Below the pieces are notes generated by a model. That model made no database searches. It was not told where the DNA came from and saw only the letters and a program-made list of their open reading frames with translations. From Squalus acanthias (Eukaryota): 64,000 nt of DNA. The stretch is from positions 5,642,001 to 5,706,000 of the forward strand of contig JASTWF010000034.1 of the NCBI GenBank assembly GCA_030390025.1. The letters run 5' to 3'. Each line of letters opens with the position of its first letter. Position 1 is the stretch's first letter. Made by a program: the position numbers and the translations under genes. This document shows positions 1 through 15,000 of the stretch, one piece after another.

Positions 1-3000
1 AGTCCCTCTCTACCCAGTCTGGGTATACTCCTGACACCAGTCCCTCACTACCCAGTCTGGGCCTACACCTGAATCCAGTCTCTCACTACCCGGTCTGGGC
101 CTACACCTGACTCCAGTCCCTCACTACCCGGTCTGGGTCTATTCCTCACTCCAGTCCCACACTACTCGGTCTGGGCCTATACCAGACTCCAATCTCTCAC
201 TTCCTGGTCTGTGCCGGCAACTGACTCCAGTCCCTCACTTCCCGGTCTGGGTCTATACCTCATTCCAATCCCTCACTACCTGGTCTGGGTATACACCTGA
301 CTCCAGTCCCCTCACTACCAGGTCTGGTCCTACACCTGAGTCCGATCCCTCATTACCTGGTCTGGGCCCACACCGGACTTCAATCCCTCAATACCTGGTC
401 TGGTCCTACACTCGACTCCAGTCCCCCACTACCCGGTCTGGGCCCACACCTGACTCCAGTCCCTCATTACCCGGTCTGGGTATACACCTGAATCCAGTTC
501 CTCAACACCTGGTCTGGTCCTACAGCTGACTTCAGTCCCTCACTGCACGGTCTGGGCCTACATCTGACTCCATTCCCTCTAAACCAGGTCTGACCCTACA
601 CCTGACTCCAGTCCCTCACTACCCAGTCTGGGTCTACACCTGACTCCAGTCTCTCACTATCCGGTCTGGGTCTGCACCTGACTCCAGTCCCTCACTACCC
701 GGTCTGGGTATACACCTGAATCCAGTTCCTCATTACTCGGTCTGGGTCTACACCTGACTCCAGTCCCTCACTACCCCCTCTTAGCCTACACCTGATTCCG
801 GTCCCTCACTACCTGGTCTGGGTCTACACCTGACTCCGGTCCCTCACTACCCGGTCTGGGTCTATTCCTCACTCCAGTCCCACACTACTCGGTCTGGGAC
901 TATACCTGACTCCAATCTCTCACTACCTGGTCTGTGCCGGCACCTGACTCCAGTCCCTCACTTCCCGGTCTGGGTCTATACCTCACTCCAATCCCTCACT
1001 ACCTGGTCTGGGTATACACCTGACTCCAGTCCCTCACTACCAGGTCTGGTCCTACACCTGAGTCCGATCCCTCATTACCTGGTCTGGGCCCACACCTGAC
1101 TCCGGTCCCTCAATACCTGGTCTGGTCCTCCACCCGACTCCAGTCCCCCACTACCCGGTCTGGGCCCCTACAGCTGACTTCAGTCCCTCACTACCCGGTC
1201 TGGGTATACACCTGAATCCAGTTCCTCAATACCTGGTCTGGTCCTACAGCTGACTTCAGTCTCTCACTGCACGGTCTGGGCCTACATCTGACTCCATTCC
1301 CTCTAAACCAGGTCTGCCCCTACACCTGACTCCAGTCCCTCACTACCCAGTCTGGGCCTACACCTGACTCCAATCCCTCACTACCCAGTCTGGGCCTACA
1401 CCTGACTCCAGTCCCTCACTACCTGGTCTTGGCCTACACCCGAATCCAGTCCCTCACTACCCGGTCTGGGTATGCACCTGATTCCTTCCCTCACTAGCCG
1501 GTCCTGGCCTACACCCGACTCCAGTCCCCCACTACCCGGTCTGGGCCCACACCTGACTCCAGTCCCTCATTACTCGGTCTGGGTCTACACCTGACTCCAG
1601 TCCCTCACTACCCCCTCTTAGCCTACACCTGACTCCAGTCCCTCACTACCAGGTCTGGTCCTACACCTAAGTCCGATCCCTCAATACCTGGTCTGGGCCC
1701 ACACCTGAATCCGGTCCCTCAATACCTGGTCTGGTCCTACATCCGACTCCAGTCCCCCACTACCCGGTCTGGGCCCACACCTGACTCCAGTCCCTCATTA
1801 CCCGGTCTGGGTCTACACCTGACTCCTGTCCCTCACAACCCAGGCTGGGTCTACACCTGACTCCAGTCCCTCACTACCCCCTCTTAGCCTACACCCGACT
1901 CCAATCCCTCACTACCTGGTCTGGGCCGAAACCTGACTCCAGCCCCTCTAAACCCGGTCTGGGCCTATTTCTGACTCCAGTCCCTCACTACCCATTCTTG
2001 GCCTGCACCTGACTCCGGTCCCTCACTACCTGGTCTGGGCCTGCACCTGGCTCCAGTACCTCACTATCCGGTCTGGATATACACCTGACTCCGGTCCCTC
2101 AATACCTGGTCTGGTCCTACACCTGACTCCAGTCCCTCTCTACCCAGTCTGGGTATACTCCTGACACCAGTCCCTCACTACCCAGTCTGGGCCGACACCT
2201 GAATCCAGTCTCTCACTACCCGGTCTGGGCCTACACCTGACTCCAGTCCCTCACTACCCGGTCTGGGTCTATTCCTCACTCCAGTCCCACACTACTCGGT
2301 CTGGGACTATACCTGACTCCAATCTCTCACTACCTGGTCTGTGCCGGCACCTGACTCCAGTCCCTCACTTCCCGGTCTGGGTCTATACCTCACTCCAATC
2401 CCTCACTACCTGGTCTGGGTATACACCTGACTCCAGTCCCTCACTACCAGGTCTGGTCCTACACCTGAGTCCGATCCCTCATTACCTGGTCTGGGCCCAC
2501 ACCTGACTCCGGTCCCTCAATACCTGGTCTGGTCCTACACCCGACTCCAGTCCCCCACTACCCGGTCTGGGCACATACCTGACTCCAGTCCCTCATTACC
2601 CGGTCTGGGTATACACCTGAATCCAGTTCCTCAATACCTGGTCTGGTCCTACAGCTGACTTCAGTCCCTCACTGCACGGTCTGGGATTACATCTGACTCC
2701 ATTCCCTCTAAACCAGGTCTGGCCCTACACCTGACTCCGGTCCCTCAATACCTGGTCTGGGTCTACACCTGACTCCAGTCTCTCACTATCCGGTCTGGGT
2801 CTGCACCTGACTCCAATCCCTCACTACCCGGTCTGGGTATACACCTGAATCCAGTTCCTCAATACCTGGTCTGATCCTACAGCTGACTTCAGTCCCTCAC
2901 TGCACGGTCTGGGCCGACATCTGACTCCATTCCCTCTAAACCAGGTCTGGCCCTACACCTGACTCCAGTCCCTCACTACCCGGTCTGGGTATACACCTGA

Positions 3001-6000
3001 CTCCAGTCCCTCATTACCAGGTCTGGGCCGACACCTGACTCCTGTCCCTCATTACCAGGTCTGGGTCTACACCTGACTCCAGTCCCTCACTACCCGGTCT
3101 GGGTCTACACATGACTCCAGTCCTTCACTACCCAGGCTGGGTCTACATCTGACTCCTCTCCCTCACTACCCGGTCTGGGCCACATCTGACTCCACTCCCT
3201 CGCTACCCGGTCAGGGCCTACATCTGACTCCAGTCCCTCATTACCAGGTCTGTGTCTACACCTGACTCCAGTCCCTCACTACCCGGTCTGGGCCCACACC
3301 AGACTCCGGTCCCTCAAAACCTGGTCTGGTCCTACACCTGACTCCAGTCCCTCACTTCCCGGTCTGGGTCTGTACCTCACTCCAGTCCCTCACTATCCAT
3401 CTGAGCCTACACCTGACTCCAGTCCCTCACTACCCGGTCTGGGCCTACACCTGACTACAGTCCCTCACTACCCGGTCTGGGCCCACACCTGACTCCAGTC
3501 CCTCACTACCCGGTCTGAGTCTACACCTGACTCCAGTCCCTCACTACCCGGTCTGGGTCTACACCTGACTCCAGTCCCTCACTACCCAGTCTGGGCCTAC
3601 AGCTGACTGCAGTCCCTCACTACCCAGTCTGGGCCTATACCTGACTCCAGTCCCTCTATACCAGGTCTGGCCCTACACCTGACTCCGGTTACTCACTACC
3701 CGGTCTGGGCCGACACCTGACTCCTGTCCCTCATTACCAGGCTGGGTCTACACCTGACTCCAGTCCCTCACTACCCCCTCTTAGCCTACACCCGACTCCA
3801 ATCCCTCACTACCTGGTCTGGGCCGAAACCTGACTCCAGTCCCTCACTACCCGGTCTGAGTCTACACCTGACTCCAGTCCCTCACTACCCGGTCTGGGCC
3901 TACACCTGACTCCAGTCCCTCACTACCCGGTCTGGGCCTACACCTGACTGCAGTCCCTCACTACCCAGTCTGGGCCTATACCTGACTCCAGGCCCTCTAT
4001 ACCAGGTCTGGCCCTACACCTGACTCCGGTCGATCACTACCTTGTCTGGGCCGAAACCTGACTCCAGTCACTCACTACCCGGTCTGGGCCGACACCTGAC
4101 TCCTGTCCCTCATTACCAGGTCTGGGTCTACACCTGACTCCAGTCCCTCACTACCCGGTCTGGGTCTACACATGACTCCAGTCCTTCACTACCCAGGCTG
4201 GGTCTACATCTGACTCCACTCCCTCACTACCCGGTCTGGGCCACATCTGACTCCACTCCCTCGCTACCCGGTCAGGGCCTACATCTGACTCCATTCCCTC
4301 CAAACCAGGTCTGGCCCTACACCTGACTCCAGTCCCTCACTACCCGGTCTGAGTCTGCACCTGACTCCAGTCCCTCATTACCAGGTCTGGGTCTACACCT
4401 GACTCCAGTCCCTCACTACCCGGTCTGGGCCCACACCAGACTCCGGTCCCTCAAAACCTGGTCTGGTCCTACACCTGACTCCAGTCCCTCACTTCCCGGT
4501 CTGGGTCTGTACCTCACTCCAGTCCCTCACTATCCATCTGAGCCGACACCTGACTCCAGTCCCTCAATACCCGGTTTGGATCTACACCTGACTCCAGTCC
4601 CTCACGGCCCGTTCTGGGCCTACACCTGACTCCAATCCCTCACTACGCAGTCTTGGTATACACCTGACTCCATTGCCTCACTACCCGGTCTGGGCCTACA
4701 CCTGACTCCAGTCCCTCACTACCCGGTCTGGGCCCACACCTGACTCCAGTCCCTCATTACCTGGTCTGAGTCTACACCTGACTCCAGTCCCTCACAACCC
4801 AGGCTGGGTCTACACCTGACTCCAGTCCCTCACTACCCCCTCTTAGCCTACACCCGACTCCAATCCCTCACTACCTGGTCTGGGCCGAAACCTGACTCCA
4901 GTCCCTCAATACCCGGTCTGAGTCTACACCTGACTTCAGTCCCTCACTACCCGGTCTGGGCCTACACCTGACTCCAGTCCCTCACTACCCTGTCTGGGCC
5001 TACACCTGACTCCAGTCCCTCACTACCCAGTCTGGGCCTATAGCTGACTCCAGTCCCTCTAAACCCGGTATGGGCCTATTTCTGACTCCAGCCCTCACTA
5101 CCCGTTCTTGGCCTGCACCTGACTCCGGTCCCCCACTACCTGGTCTGGGCCTGCAACTGGCTCCAGTACCTCACTATCGGGTCTGGATATACACCTGACT
5201 CCGGTCCCTCAATACCTGGTCTGGTCCTACACCTGACTCCTGTCCCTCACAACCCAGTCTGGGTATACTCCTGACTCCAGTCCCTCACTACCCAGTCTGG
5301 GCCTACACCTGAATCCAGTCTCTCACTACTCGGTCTGGGCCTACACCTGACTCCAGTCCCTCACTACCCGGTCTGGGTCTATTCCTCACTCCAGTCCCAC
5401 ACTACTCGGTCTGGGCCTATACCTGACTCCAATCTCTCACTACCTGGTCTGTGCCGGCACCTGACTCCAGTCCCTCACTTCCCGGTCTGGGTCTATACCT
5501 CACTCCAATCCCTCACTACCTGGTCTGGGTATACACCTGACTCCAGTCCCTCACTACCAGGTCTGGTCCTACACCTAAGTCCGATCCCTCAATACCTGGT
5601 CTGGGCCCACACCTGAATCCGGTCCCTCAATACCTGGTCTGGTCCTACACCCGACTCCAGTCCCCCACTACCCGGTCTGGGCCCACACCTGACTCCAGTC
5701 CCTCATTACCCGGTCTGGGTCTACACCTGACTCCTGTCCCTCACAACCCAGGCTGGGTCTACACCTGACTCCAGTCCCTCACTACCCCCTCTTAGCCTAC
5801 ACCCGACTCCAATCCCTCACTACCTGGTCTGGGCCGAAACCTGACTCCAGCCCCTCTAAACCCGGTCTGGGCCTATTTCTGACTCCAGTCCCTCACTACC
5901 CATTCTTGGCCTGCACCTGACTCCGGTCCCTCACTACCTGGTCTGGGCCTGCACCTGGCTCCAGTACCTCACTATCCGGTCTGGATATACACCTGACTCC

Positions 6001-9000
6001 GGTCCCTCAATACCTGGTCTGGTCCTACACCTGACTCCAGTCCCTCTCTACCCAGTCTGGGTATACTCCTGACACCAGTCCCTCACTACCCAGTCTGGGC
6101 CTACACCTGAATCCAGTCTCTCACTACCCGGTCTGGGCCTACACCTGACTCCAGTCCCTCACTACCCGGTCTGGGTCTATTCCTCACTCCAGTCCCACAC
6201 TACTCGGTCTGGGCCTATACCAGACTCCAATCTCTCACTTCCTGGTCTGTGCCGGCAACTGACTCCAGTCCCTCACTTCCCGGTCTGGGTCTATACCTCA
6301 TTCCAATCCCTCACTACCTGGTCTGGGTATACACCTGACTCCAGTCCCTCACTACCAGGTCTGGTCCTACACCTGAGTCCGATCCCTCATTACCTGGTCT
6401 GGGCCCACACCGGACTTCAATCCCTCAATACCTGGTCTGGTCCTACACTCGACTCCAGTCCCCCACTACCCGGTCTGGGCCCACACCTGACTCCAGTCCC
6501 ACATTACCCGGTCTGGGTATACACCTGAATCCAGTTCCTCAACACCTGGTCTGGTCCTACAGCTGACTTCAGTCCCTCACTGCACGGTCTGGGCCTACAT
6601 CTGACTCCATTCCCTCTAAACCAGGTCTGACCCTACACCTGACTCCAGTCCCTCACTACCCAGTCTGGGTCTACACCTGACTCCAGTCTCTCACTATCCG
6701 GTCTGGGTCTGCACCTGACTCCAGTCCCTCACTACCCGGTCTGGGTATACACCTGAATCCAGTTCCTCAATACCTGGTCTGGTCCTACAGCTGACTTCAG
6801 TCTCTCACTGCACGGTCTGGGCCTACATCTGACTCCATTCCCTCTAAACCAGGTCTGCCCCTACACCTGACTCCAGTCCCTCACTACCCAGTCTGGGCCT
6901 ACACCTGACTCCAATCCCTCACTACCCAGTCTGGGCCTACACCTGACTCCAGTCCCTCACTACCTGGTCTTGGCCTACACCCGAATCCAGTCCCTCACTA
7001 CCCGGTCTGGGTATGCACCTGATTCCTTCCCTCACTAGCCGGTCCTGGCCTACACCCGACTCCAGTCCCCCACTACCCGGTCTGGGCCCACACCTGACTC
7101 CAGTCCCTCATTACTCGGTCTGGGTCTACACCTGACTCCAGTCCCTCACTACCCCCTCTTAGCCTACACCTGACTCCAGTCCCTCACTACCAGGTCTGGT
7201 CCTACACCTAAGTCCGATCCCTCAATACCTGGTCTGGGCCCACACCTGAATCCGGTCCCTCAATACCTGGTCTGGTCCTACACCCGACTCCAGTCCCCCA
7301 CTACCCGGTCTGGGCCCACACCTGACTCCAGTCCCTCATTACCCGGTCTGGGTCTACACCTGACTCCTGTCCCTCACAACCCAGGCTGGGTCTACACCTG
7401 ACTCCAGTCCCTCACTACCCCCTCTTAGCCTACACCCGACTCCAATCCCTCACTACCTGGTCTGGGCCGAAACCTGACTCCAGCCCCTCTAAACCCGGTC
7501 TGGGCCTATTTCTGACTCCAGTCCCTCACTACCCATTCTTGGCCTGCACCTGACTCCGGTCCCTCACTACCTGGTCTGGGCCTGCACCTGGCTCCAGTAC
7601 CTCACTATCCGGTCTGGATATACACCTGACTCCGGTCCCTCAATACCTGGTCTGGTCCTACACCTGACTCCAGTCCCTCTCTACCCAGTCTGGGTATACT
7701 CCTGACACCAGTCCCTCACTACCCAGTCTGGGCCTACACCTGAATCCAGTCTCTCACTACCCGGTCTGGGCCTACACCTGACTCCAGTCCCTCACTACCC
7801 GGTCTGGGTCTATTCCTCACTCCAGTCCCACACTACTCGGTCTGGGCCTATACCAGACTCCAATCTCTCACTTCCTGGTCTGTGCCGGCAACTGACTCCA
7901 GTCCCTCACTTCCCGGTCTGGGTCTATACCTCATTCCAATCCCTCACTACCTGGTCTGGGTATACACCTGACTCCAGTCCCTCACTACCAGGTCTGGTCC
8001 TACACCTGAGTCCGATCCCTCATTACCTGGTCTGGGCCCACACCGGACTTCAATCCCTCAATACCTGGTCTGGTCCTACACTCGACTCCAGTCCCCCACT
8101 ACCCGGTCTGGGCCCACACCTGACTCCAGTCCCTCATTACCCGGTCTGGGTATACACCTGAATCCAGTTCCTCAACACCTGGTCTGGTCCTACAGCTGAC
8201 TTCAGTCCCTCACTGCACGGTCTGGGCCTACATCTGACTCCATTCCCTCTAAACCAGGTCTGACCCTACACCTGACTCCAGTCCCTCACTACCCAGTCTG
8301 GGTCTACACCTGACTCCAGTCTCTCACTATCCGGTCTGGGTCTGCACCTGACTCCAGTCCCTCACTACCCGGTCTGGGTATACACCTGAATCCAGTTCCT
8401 CATTACTCGGTCTGGGTCTACACCTGACTCCAGTCCCTCACTACCCCCTCTTAGCCTACACCTGATTCCGGTCCCTCACTACCTGGTCTGGGTCTACACC
8501 TGACTCCGGTCCCTCACTACCCGGTCTGGGTCTATTCCTCACTCCAGTCCCACACTACTCGGTCTGGGACTATACCTGACTCCAATCTCTCACTACCTGG
8601 TCTGTGCCGGCACCTGACTCCAGTCCCTCACTTCCCGGTCTGGGTCTATACCTCACTCCAATCCCTCACTACCTGGTCTGGGTATACACCTGACTCCAGT
8701 CCCTCACTACCAGGTCTGGTCCTACACCTGAGTCCGATCCCTCATTACCTGGTCTGGGCCCACACCTGACTCCGGTCCCTCAATACCTGGTCTGGTCCTA
8801 CACCCGACTCCAGTCCCCCACTACCCGGTCTGGGCACATACCTGACTCCAGTCCCTCATTACCCGGTCTGGGTATACACCTGAATCCAGTTCCTCAATAC
8901 CTGGTCTGGTCCTACAGCTGACTTCAGTCCCTCACTGCACGGTCTGGGATTACATCTGACTCCATTCCCTCTAAACCAGGTCTGGCCCTACACCTGACTC

Positions 9001-12000
9001 CGGTCCCTCAATACCTGGTCTGGGTCTACACCTGACTCCAGTCTCTCACTATCCGGTCTGGGTCTGCACTTGACTCCAATCCCTCACTACCCGGTCAGGG
9101 TATACACCTGAATCCAGTTCCTCAATACCTGGTCTGATCCTACAGCTGACTTCAGTCCCTCACTGCACGGTCTGGGCCGACATCTGACTCCATTCCCTCT
9201 AAACCAGGTCTGGCCCTACACCTGACTCCAGTCCCTCACTACCCGGTCTGGGTATACACCTGACTCCAGTCCCTCATTACCAGGTCTGGGCCGACACCTG
9301 ACTCCTGTCCCTCATTACCAGGTCTGGGTCTACACCTGACTCCAGTCCCTCACTACCCGGTCTGGGTCTACACATGACTCCAGTCCTTCACTACCCAGGC
9401 TGGGTCTACATCTGACTCCTCTCCCTCACTACCCGGTCTGGGCCACATCTGACTCCACTCCCTCGCTACCCGGTCAGGGCCTACATCTGACTCCAGTCCC
9501 TCATTACCAGGTCTGTGTCTACACCTGACTCCAGTCCCTCACTACCCGGTCTGGGCCCACACCAGACTCCGGTCCCTCAAAACCTGGTCTGGTCCTACAC
9601 CTGACTCCAGTCCCTCACTTCCCGGTCTGGGTCTGTACCTCACTCCAGTCCCTCACTATCCATCTGAGCCGACACCTGACTCCAGTCCCTCAATACCCGG
9701 TTTGGATCTACACCTGACTCCAGTCCCTCACGGCCCGTTCTGGGCCTACACCTGACTCCAATCCCTCACTACGCAGTCTTGGTATACACCTGACTCCATT
9801 GCCTCACTACCCGGTCTGGGCCTACACCTGACTCCAGTCCCTCACTACCCGGTCTGGGCCCACACCTGACTCCAGTCCCTCATTACCTGGTCTGAGTCTA
9901 CACCTGACTCCAGTCCCTCACAACCCAGGCTGGGTCTACACCTGACTCCAGTCCCTCACTACCCCCTCTTAGCCTACACCCGACTCCAATCCCTCACTAC
10001 CTGGTCTGGGCCGAAACCTGACTCCAGTCCCTCAATACCCGGTCTGAGTCTACACCTGACTTCAGTCCCTCACTACCCGGTCTGGGCCTACACCTGACTC
10101 CAGTCCCTCACTACCCTGTCTGGGCCTACACCTGACTCCAGTCCCTCACTACCCAGTCTGGGCCTATAGCTGACTCCAGTCCCTCTAAACCCGGTATGGG
10201 CCTATTTCTGACTCCAGCCCTCACTACCCGTTCTTGGCCTGCACCTGACTCCGGTCCCCCACTACCTGGTCTGGGCCTGCAACTGGCTCCAGTACCTCAC
10301 TATCGGGTCTGGATATACACCTGACTCCGGTCCCTCAATACCTGGTCTGGTCCTACACCTGACTCCTGTCCCTCACAACCCAGTCTGGGTATACTCCTGA
10401 CTCCAGTCCCTCACTACCCAGTCTGGGCCTACACCTGAATCCAGTCTCTCACTACTCGGTCTGGGCCTACACCTGACTCCAGTCCCTCACTACCCGGTCT
10501 GGGTCTATTCCTCACTCCAGTCCCACACTACTCGGTCTGGGCCTATACCTGACTCCAATCTCTCACTACCTGGTCTGTGCCGGCACCTGACTCCAGTCCC
10601 TCACTTCCCGGTCTGGGTCTATACCTCACTCCAATCCCTCACTACCTGGTCTGGGTATACACCTGACTCCAGTCCCTCACTACCAGGTCTGGTCCTACAC
10701 CTAAGTCCGATCCCTCAATACCTGGTCTGGGCCCACACCTGAATCCGGTCCCTCAATACCTGGTCTGGGCCTGCACCTGGCTCCAGTACCTCACTATCCG
10801 GTCTGGATATACACCTGACTCCGGTCCCTCAATACCTGGTCTGGTCCTACACCTGACTCCAGTCCCTCTCTACCCAGTCTGGGTATACTCCTGACACCAG
10901 TCCCTCACTACCCAGTCTGGGCCTACACCTGAATCCAGTCTCTCACTACCCGGTCTGGGCCTACACCTGACTCCAGTCCCTCACTACCCGGTCTGGGTCT
11001 ATTCCTCACTCCAGTCCCACACTACTCGGTCTGGGCCTATACCAGACTCCAATCTCTCACTTCCTGGTCTGTGCCGGCAACTGACTCCAGTCCCTCACTT
11101 CCCGGTCTGGGTCTATACCTCATTCCAATCCCTCACTACCTGGTCTGGGTATACACCTGACTCCAGTCCCTCACTACCAGGTCTGGTCCTACACCTGAGT
11201 CCGATCCCTCATTACCTGGTCTGGGCCCACACCGGACTTCAATCCCTCAATACCTGGTCTGGTCCTACACTCGACTCCAGTCCCCCACTACCCGGTCTGG
11301 GCCCACACCTGACTCCAGTCCCTCATTACCCGGTCTGGGTATACACCTGAATCCAGTTCCTCAACACCTGGTCTGGTCCTACAGCTGACTTCAGTCCCTC
11401 ACTGCACGGTCTGGGCCTACATCTGACTCCATTCCCTCTAAACCAGGTCTGACCCTACACCTGACTCCAGTCCCTCACTACCCAGTCTGGGTCTACACCT
11501 GACTCCAGTCTCTCACTATCCGGTCTGGGTCTGCACCTGACTCCAGTCCCTCACTACCCGGTCTGGGTATACACCTGAATCCAGTTCCTCATTACTCGGT
11601 CTGGGTCTACACCTGACTCCAGTCCCTCACTACCCCCTCTTAGCCTACACCTGATTCCGGTCCCTCACTACCTGGTCTGGGTCTACACCTGACTCCGGTC
11701 CCTCACTACCCGGTCTGGGTCTATTCCTCACTCCAGTCCCACACTACTCGGTCTGGGACTATACCTGACTCCAATCTCTCACTACCTGGTCTGTGCCGGC
11801 ACCTGACTCCAGTCCCTCACTTCCCGGTCTGGGTCTATACCTCACTCCAATCCCTCACTACCTGGTCTGGGTATACACCTGACTCCAGTCCCTCACTACC
11901 AGGTCTGGTCCTACACCTGAGTCCGATCCCTCATTACCTGGTCTGGGCCCACACCTGACTCCGGTCCCTCAATACCTGGTCTGGTCCTACACCCGACTCC

Positions 12001-15000
12001 AGTCCCCCACTACCCGGTCTGGGCACATACCTGACTCCAGTCCCTCATTACCCGGTCTGGGTATACACCTGAATCCAGTTCCTCAATACCTGGTCTGGTC
12101 CTACAGCTGACTTCAGTCCCTCACTGCACGGTCTGGGATTACATCTGACTCCATTCCCTCTAAACCAGGTCTGGCCCTACACCTGACTCCGGTCCCTCAA
12201 TACCTGGTCTGGGTCTACACCTGACTCCAGTCTCTCACTATCCGGTCTGGGTCTGCACTTGACTCCAATCCCTCACTACCCGGTCAGGGTATACACCTGA
12301 ATCCAGTTCCTCAATACCTGGTCTGATCCTACAGCTGACTTCAGTCCCTCACTGCACGGTCTGGGCCGACATCTGACTCCATTCCCTCTAAACCAGGTCT
12401 GGCCCTACACCTGACTCCAGTCCCTCACTACCCGGTCTGGGTATACACCTGACTCCAGTCCCTCATTACCAGGTCTGGGCCGACACCTGACTCCTGTCCC
12501 TCATTACCAGGTCTGGGTCTACACCTGACTCCAGTCCCTCACTACCCGGTCTGGGTCTACACATGACTCCAGTCCTTCACTACCCAGGCTGGGTCTACAT
12601 CTGACTCCTCTCCCTCACTACCCGGTCTGGGCCACATCTGACTCCACTCCCTCGCTACCCGGTCAGGGCCTACATCTGACTCCAGTCCCTCATTACCAGG
12701 TCTGTGTCTACACCTGACTCCAGTCCCTCACTACCCGGTCTGGGCCCACACCAGACTCCGGTCCCTCAAAACCTGGTCTGGTCCTACACCTGACTCCAGT
12801 CCCTCACTTCCCGGTCTGGGTCTGTACCTCACTCCAGTCCCTCACTATCCATCTGAGCCGACACCTGACTCCAGTCCCTCAATACCCGGTTTGGATCTAC
12901 ACCTGACTCCAGTCCCTCACGGCCCGTTCTGGGCCTACACCTGACTCCAATCCCTCACTACGCAGTCTTGGTATACACCTGACTCCATTGCCTCACTACC
13001 CGGTCTGGGCCTACACCTGACTCCAGTCCCTCACTACCCGGTCTGGGCCCACACCTGACTCCAGTCCCTCATTACCTGGTCTGAGTCTACACCTGACTCC
13101 AGTCCCTCACAACCCAGGCTGGGTCTACACCTGACTCCAGTCCCTCACTACCCCCTCTTAGCCTACACCCGACTCCAATCCCTCACTACCTGGTCTGGGC
13201 CGAAACCTGACTCCAGTCCCTCAATACCCGGTCTGAGTCTACACCTGACTTCAGTCCCTCACTACCCGGTCTGGGCCTACACCTGACTCCAGTCCCTCAC
13301 TACCCTGTCTGGGCCTACACCTGACTCCAGTCCCTCACTACCCAGTCTGGGCCTATAGCTGACTCCAGTCCCTCTAAACCCGGTATGGGCCTATTTCTGA
13401 CTCCAGCCCTCACTACCCGTTCTTGGCCTGCACCTGACTCCGGTCCCCCACTACCTGGTCTGGGCCTGCAACTGGCTCCAGTACCTCACTATCGGGTCTG
13501 GATATACACCTGACTCCGGTCCCTCAATACCTGGTCTGGTCCTACACCTGACTCCTGTCCCTCACAACCCAGTCTGGGTATACTCCTGACTCCAGTCCCT
13601 CACTACCCAGTCTGGGCCTACACCTGAATCCAGTCTCTCACTACCCGGTCTGGGCCTACACCTGACTCCAGTCCCTCACTACCCGGTCTGGGTCTATTCC
13701 TCACTCCAGTCCCACACTACTCGGTCTGGGCCTATACCTGACTCCAATCTCTCACTACCTGGTCTGTGCCGGCACCTGACTCCAGTCCCTCACTTCCCGG
13801 TCTGGGTCTATACCTCACTCCAATCCCTCACTACCTGGTCTGGGTATACACCTGACTCCAGTCCCTCACTACCAGGTCTGGTCCTACACCTAAGTCCGAT
13901 CCCTCAATACCTGGTCTGGGCCCACACCTGAATCCGGTCCCTCAATACCTGGTCTGGTCCTACACCCGACTCCAGTCCCCCACTACCCGGTCTGGGCCCA
14001 CACCTGACTCCAGTCCCTCATTACCCGGTCTGGGTCTACACCTGACTCCTGTCCCTCACAACCCAGGCTGGGTCTACACCTGACTCCAGTCCCTCACTAC
14101 CCCCTCTTAGCCTACACCCGACTCCAATCCCTCACTACCTGGTCTGGGCCGAAACCTGACTCCAGTCCCTCACTACCCGGTCTGGGCCTACAGCGGACAC
14201 CTTCCCTCACTACCCGGTCTTGGCCTACACCCGACTCCAGTCCCCCACTACCTGGTCTGGGTCTACACCTAACTCCAGTCCCTCACTACGCAGTCTTGGT
14301 ATACACCTGACTCCATTCCCTCACTACCCGGTCTGGGCCTACACCTGACTCCAGTCCCTCACTACCCGGTCTGGGCCTACACCTGACTCCAGTCCCTCAC
14401 TACCCGGTCTGGGTCTACACCTGACTCCAGTCCCTCACTACCTAGTCTGGGCCTACACCTGACTCCAGTCCCTCACTACCCGGTCTGGGCCTACACCTGA
14501 CTCCAGTTCCTCACTACCCGGTCTGGGCCTACACCTGACTCCAGTCGCTCTAAAACCGGTCTGGGCCTACATCTGTCTCCAGTCCCTCACTACCCGTTCT
14601 TGGCCTACAGCTGACTCCGGTCCCTCACTACCTCGTCTGGGCCTGCACCTGGCTCCAGTACCTCACTATCCGGTCTGGATAAACACCTGTCTCCGATCCC
14701 TCACTACCCAGTCTGGGTTTACTCCTGACTCCAGTCCCTCACTACCCAGTCTGGGCCTACACCTGAATCCAGTCTCTCACTACTCGGTCTGGGCCTACAC
14801 CTGACTCCAGTCCCTCACTACCCGGTCTGGGTCTATTCCTCACTCCAGTCCCACACTACTCGGTCTGGGCCTATACCTGACTCCAATCTCTCACTACCTG
14901 GTCTGTGCCGGCACCTGACTCCAGTCCCTCACTTCCCGGTCTGGGTCTATACCTCACTCCAATCCCTCACTACCTGGTCTGGGTATACACCTGACTCCAG

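Noticed and set aside
14341..14378. Common origin of the 38-bp and 47-bp satellites
   Set aside because: Only short shared words (ACTCCA, CTGGG) in C-rich sequence. I could not make a colinear alignment.
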